Positions 62,016 to 64,000 of a stretch of DNA of 64,000 nucleotides are shown piece after piece (position 1 is the first letter of the stretch; each line of letters opens with the position of its first letter). The stretch covers positions 13,303 to 77,302 of the forward strand of contig JAHCJI010000012.1 in assembly GCA_026126305.1 (NCBI GenBank), in the 5' to 3' direction. The notes under the pieces were generated by a model, which was given only the letters and a program-made list of their open reading frames with translations, did no database searches and was not told the origin of the DNA. The stretch is from Phycisphaeraceae bacterium. GTDB lineage: Bacteria; Planctomycetota; Phycisphaerae; Phycisphaerales; UBA1924. A program made the translations under genes and the position numbers.

Positions 62016-62966
62016 TCAGCGTCGCGCGCCGATGCCGCCGTCTTCGTCGCCCGGGCGCCCACCGCCCCCACCACCCCCACTGCCCCCACTGCCGCCATCG
62101 CTCTGGTCATCTTCACCGGGCAGTGGCGTGTCGTCTGGGGGTTCGGCCTTGCGCACGAGCAGGCCGCAGCGGGCGCGGACGCGCACGCGTTGGAGGTGTT
62201 CCAGGCCCGGTGGGCTCTCGTCTGCCAGTGCCCAGAGTTCTGCCTCGAGGGCGGCGAGCCTGGGGTCTTCTCGCGGGTCGTGGTGTCCGCTGGGGGAGGC
62301 CAGGAGCAGGGCCATGGTGCGGCCGGGGGCCAGGAGCCGCCAGCACTCGGCCAGGTGGGCGGCCCGCGCGAGGGGGTCCGCGGGCAGGCGGCGGTGCACG
62401 ATGGCGTCGAAGGCGCCGTCGAGTTCGCCCGCCAGGGGCCCGGCCAGGGATTTGGGGCCGGACAGGTCGCACCATTCCAGGGCGGTGTTGGCGGTGTGGT
62501 ATCGCCTCTTGGCGTAGCGCACGCTGGGTGCGTCGGCCTCGAGGGCCACCATCGCGCCCGTGGGCCCCAGTCGCTCGGCCAGCCACTGGGGCCCGTGCCC
62601 GGCCCCGGCGTGCAGCAGCAGCACGCGGTCTCCGGGCCTGACCGAGGGGTCGATGAGGGTGAACTCTCCCAGGTCGCCCGGGCCCTGGAGGTCTGCGATG
62701 GGGTGGGTGCCGCTGGCGGCCACGACCATCCTGGCCCCGCCTGGGAATCGGACGCGGTATCGCTTGGGGACGCCGCGGGCCAGGGCCCGCCGCAGGGGGA
62801 TGGCGTCCAGTTCCTCGTACCGCACGCCGTCGATGGTCTGGACCCTGCGTGTGCGTGTGAGGGCGCGCAGCCAGCGCCAGAGCCGCCCGCCGCGGGTGAC
62901 TCGGCCCTCGGCCTCGCCCAGGCGTGCTCCGGTCGTGTTGCGATAGCCGAGCCTTGGGCGGCTCAT
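62016..62966 (-). CDS. class I SAM-dependent methyltransferase-like protein with an acidic, Gly-rich tail
   Basis: GDRVLLLHAGAGHGPQWLAERLGPTGAMVALEAD (motif I-like) and FDAIVHRRL. The start overlaps the upstream gene stop (ATGA). The tail is DDQSDGGSGGSGGGGGGGRPGDEDGG. Confidence 0.7.
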   Translation of the reverse strand: MSRPRLGYRNTTGARLGEAEGRVTRGGRLWRWLRALTRTRRVQTIDGVRYEELDAIPLRRALARGVPKRYRVRFPGGARMVVAASGTHPIADLQGPGDLGEFTLIDPSVRPGDRVLLLHAGAGHGPQWLAERLGPTGAMVALEADAPSVRYAKRRYHTANTALEWCDLSGPKSLAGPLAGELDGAFDAIVHRRLPADPLARAAHLAECWRLLAPGRTMALLLASPSGHHDPREDPRLAALEAELWALADESPPGLEHLQRVRVRARCGLLVRKAEPPDDTPLPGEDDQSDGGSGGSGGGGGGGRPGDEDGGIGARR

Positions 62967-63802
62967 GCCCCGGCCCCATGGGCGGCGGTTGGAATGGGTG
63001 TGCCGACAAGGCCCTGCGGCTCGGCCAGGGGTATCCATCGTGTGGGCGCGTGGGGCGTTGCGATGGTGCGGGCATAGTGGGCGCCCTCGTGCAGGGTTGC
63101 GACGATCTCGGGCCGGTTGCACTCGCTGGACAGGTGCAGGAAGACCGCGTGCCATGTGGGGGCGATGGCCTCGGTGGCCTTGAGGCACTGGTGGTTGCTC
63201 AGGTGTCCGGCGCCGCCCATGATCCGCCGCTTGAGGAAGTCTGGCCTTGGCGATCGGGCCTGGAGCCTTGGGCAGTAGTTGCTCTCGATGGCCAGAACGT
63301 CCACGCCCTTGTGGAACTCGACCAGAGAGTCGGTGACGGTGCCCAGGTCGGTGAGGTAGCCCAGTTCGCCCGCCCGGGTGCGCACGCGCAGCGTGGCCAC
63401 GCCCGATGCGTCGTGGCGTGCCAGCAGGCTGGCGATGACCACGCCGGGCATCGGCTCGAAGGCGTCTTGCGTGAAGGCACGCAGGCGGCCGGCGTTGCGC
63501 GGGGCTTCGAGGGATCGCTCTGGTGCGTGCGCGGCGTGTGCCCACAGGGTGACGCCCGTTGGCAGGCGTGTGGCCCAGGTGTTGTAGAAGTGGTCGCTGT
63601 CCAGGTGGGTCAGCACGATGGCGGCGACGTCTTCGATCGTGTGGCCCAGGGCGCCCAGCGCCGCGGCGGTGCGACGCGGGCTGAGGCCGGCATCGATCAG
63701 CAGCAGCCCCTGGCCGGTGCGCAGGACCGTGCAGTTGCCGCTCGAGCCGCTGGCCAGGACGCACAGCGCTGGGGCATCGTTGTGGCGCGTGCGTCCGTGC
63801 AT
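62963..63802 (-). CDS. MBL-fold metallo-hydrolase (variant metal motif)
   Basis: LCVLASGSSGNCTVLRTGQGLLLIDAG, IVLTHLDSDH (HxDxDH-like) and a late GHLSN motif. Translationally coupled to the downstream methyltransferase-like gene. Confidence 0.8.
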   Translation of the reverse strand: MHGRTRHNDAPALCVLASGSSGNCTVLRTGQGLLLIDAGLSPRRTAAALGALGHTIEDVAAIVLTHLDSDHFYNTWATRLPTGVTLWAHAAHAPERSLEAPRNAGRLRAFTQDAFEPMPGVVIASLLARHDASGVATLRVRTRAGELGYLTDLGTVTDSLVEFHKGVDVLAIESNYCPRLQARSPRPDFLKRRIMGGAGHLSNHQCLKATEAIAPTWHAVFLHLSSECNRPEIVATLHEGAHYARTIATPHAPTRWIPLAEPQGLVGTPIPTAAHGAGA

Positions 63803-63825
63803 CGAGCGACTCCCGTCCTGGGTGT

Positions 63826-64000
63826 TCAGTCGCGGCGCGAGTTGCGGCCGGGTCCGCGGCCGATGCCGCGCTGGCTCTGGGCAACAAACTCGGCCAGTTC
63901 GTGGACGTATGGGTCGCCCTGGCCCAACTCACGCAGCTTGGCCAGGGCTTCTTCGCGCGGCAGGCTCTTGGCGATGACTTTGCGGTAGGCGTACCGGAGC
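63826..64000 (-). CDS. 3' end of a gene continuing beyond the window (hypothetical)
   Basis: The minus-strand frame reads ...LRYAYRKVIAKSLPREEALAKLRELGQGDPYVHELAEFVAQSQRGIGRGPGRNSRRD and then a stop (tca at 63826-63828). Composition is coding-like. The family is not recognised from 58 residues. Confidence 0.45.
   Translation of the reverse strand, partial: LRYAYRKVIAKSLPREEALAKLRELGQGDPYVHELAEFVAQSQRGIGRGPGRNSRRD

Overview
This is a densely coding, high-G+C bacterial chromosomal segment (by eye about two thirds G+C; not computed). I support about 52 protein-coding genes, two of them partial at the window edges, plus one frameshifted gene remnant. I recognised no rRNA, tRNA, CRISPR array, transposase or integrase.

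The lineage signal points to Planctomycetota, probably Phycisphaerae-like. Evidence: prepilin-like H-X9-DG type proteins, a LEPRQLL secretion-type N-terminus, an ECF sigma factor paired with a Ser/Thr kinase, PEP-CTERM-like tails, and four proteins ending in a 55-aa double EF-hand/dockerin-like module that terminates in Gly-Cys-X.

Housekeeping genes: dnaX, ybaB, obg, lpxI, a tlyA-like methyltransferase, cysS, rpmE, an LptF/LptG-family pair, a PPi-type phosphofructokinase, plsC, hutH-hutU and ruvA.

Accessory content:
- a putative galactofuranose glycan cluster (eukaryote-type UDP-galactopyranose mutase, a two-domain GT2, another GT2, a cyclophilin-containing secreted protein, and an aromatic-amino-acid-type decarboxylase)
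- a haloperoxidase/PAP2 enzyme fused to the dockerin-like module
- a eukaryote-like PARG-family gene flanked by a 43-bp imperfect direct repeat
- a surface-protein locus with the ECF sigma and kinase genes divergent from a poly-glycine protein and a roughly 13-14-repeat propeller/Ig protein

Main leads:
1. dnaX seems to need a programmed -1 frameshift to make its long form. There is a G_GGA_AAA heptamer in phase, a 0-frame stop one codon later and a GC hairpin 8 nt downstream. This is the reverse polarity of E. coli.
2. The GC-terminated dockerin-like module is a shared C-terminal tag on four unrelated proteins.
3. A 100-bp perfect repeat links two of those genes.
4. The PARG-like gene looks like an insertion.

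Many very long alternative-frame and antisense ORFs in the track are rejected as high-GC artefacts. All homology statements come from reading motifs by eye, not from database searches.
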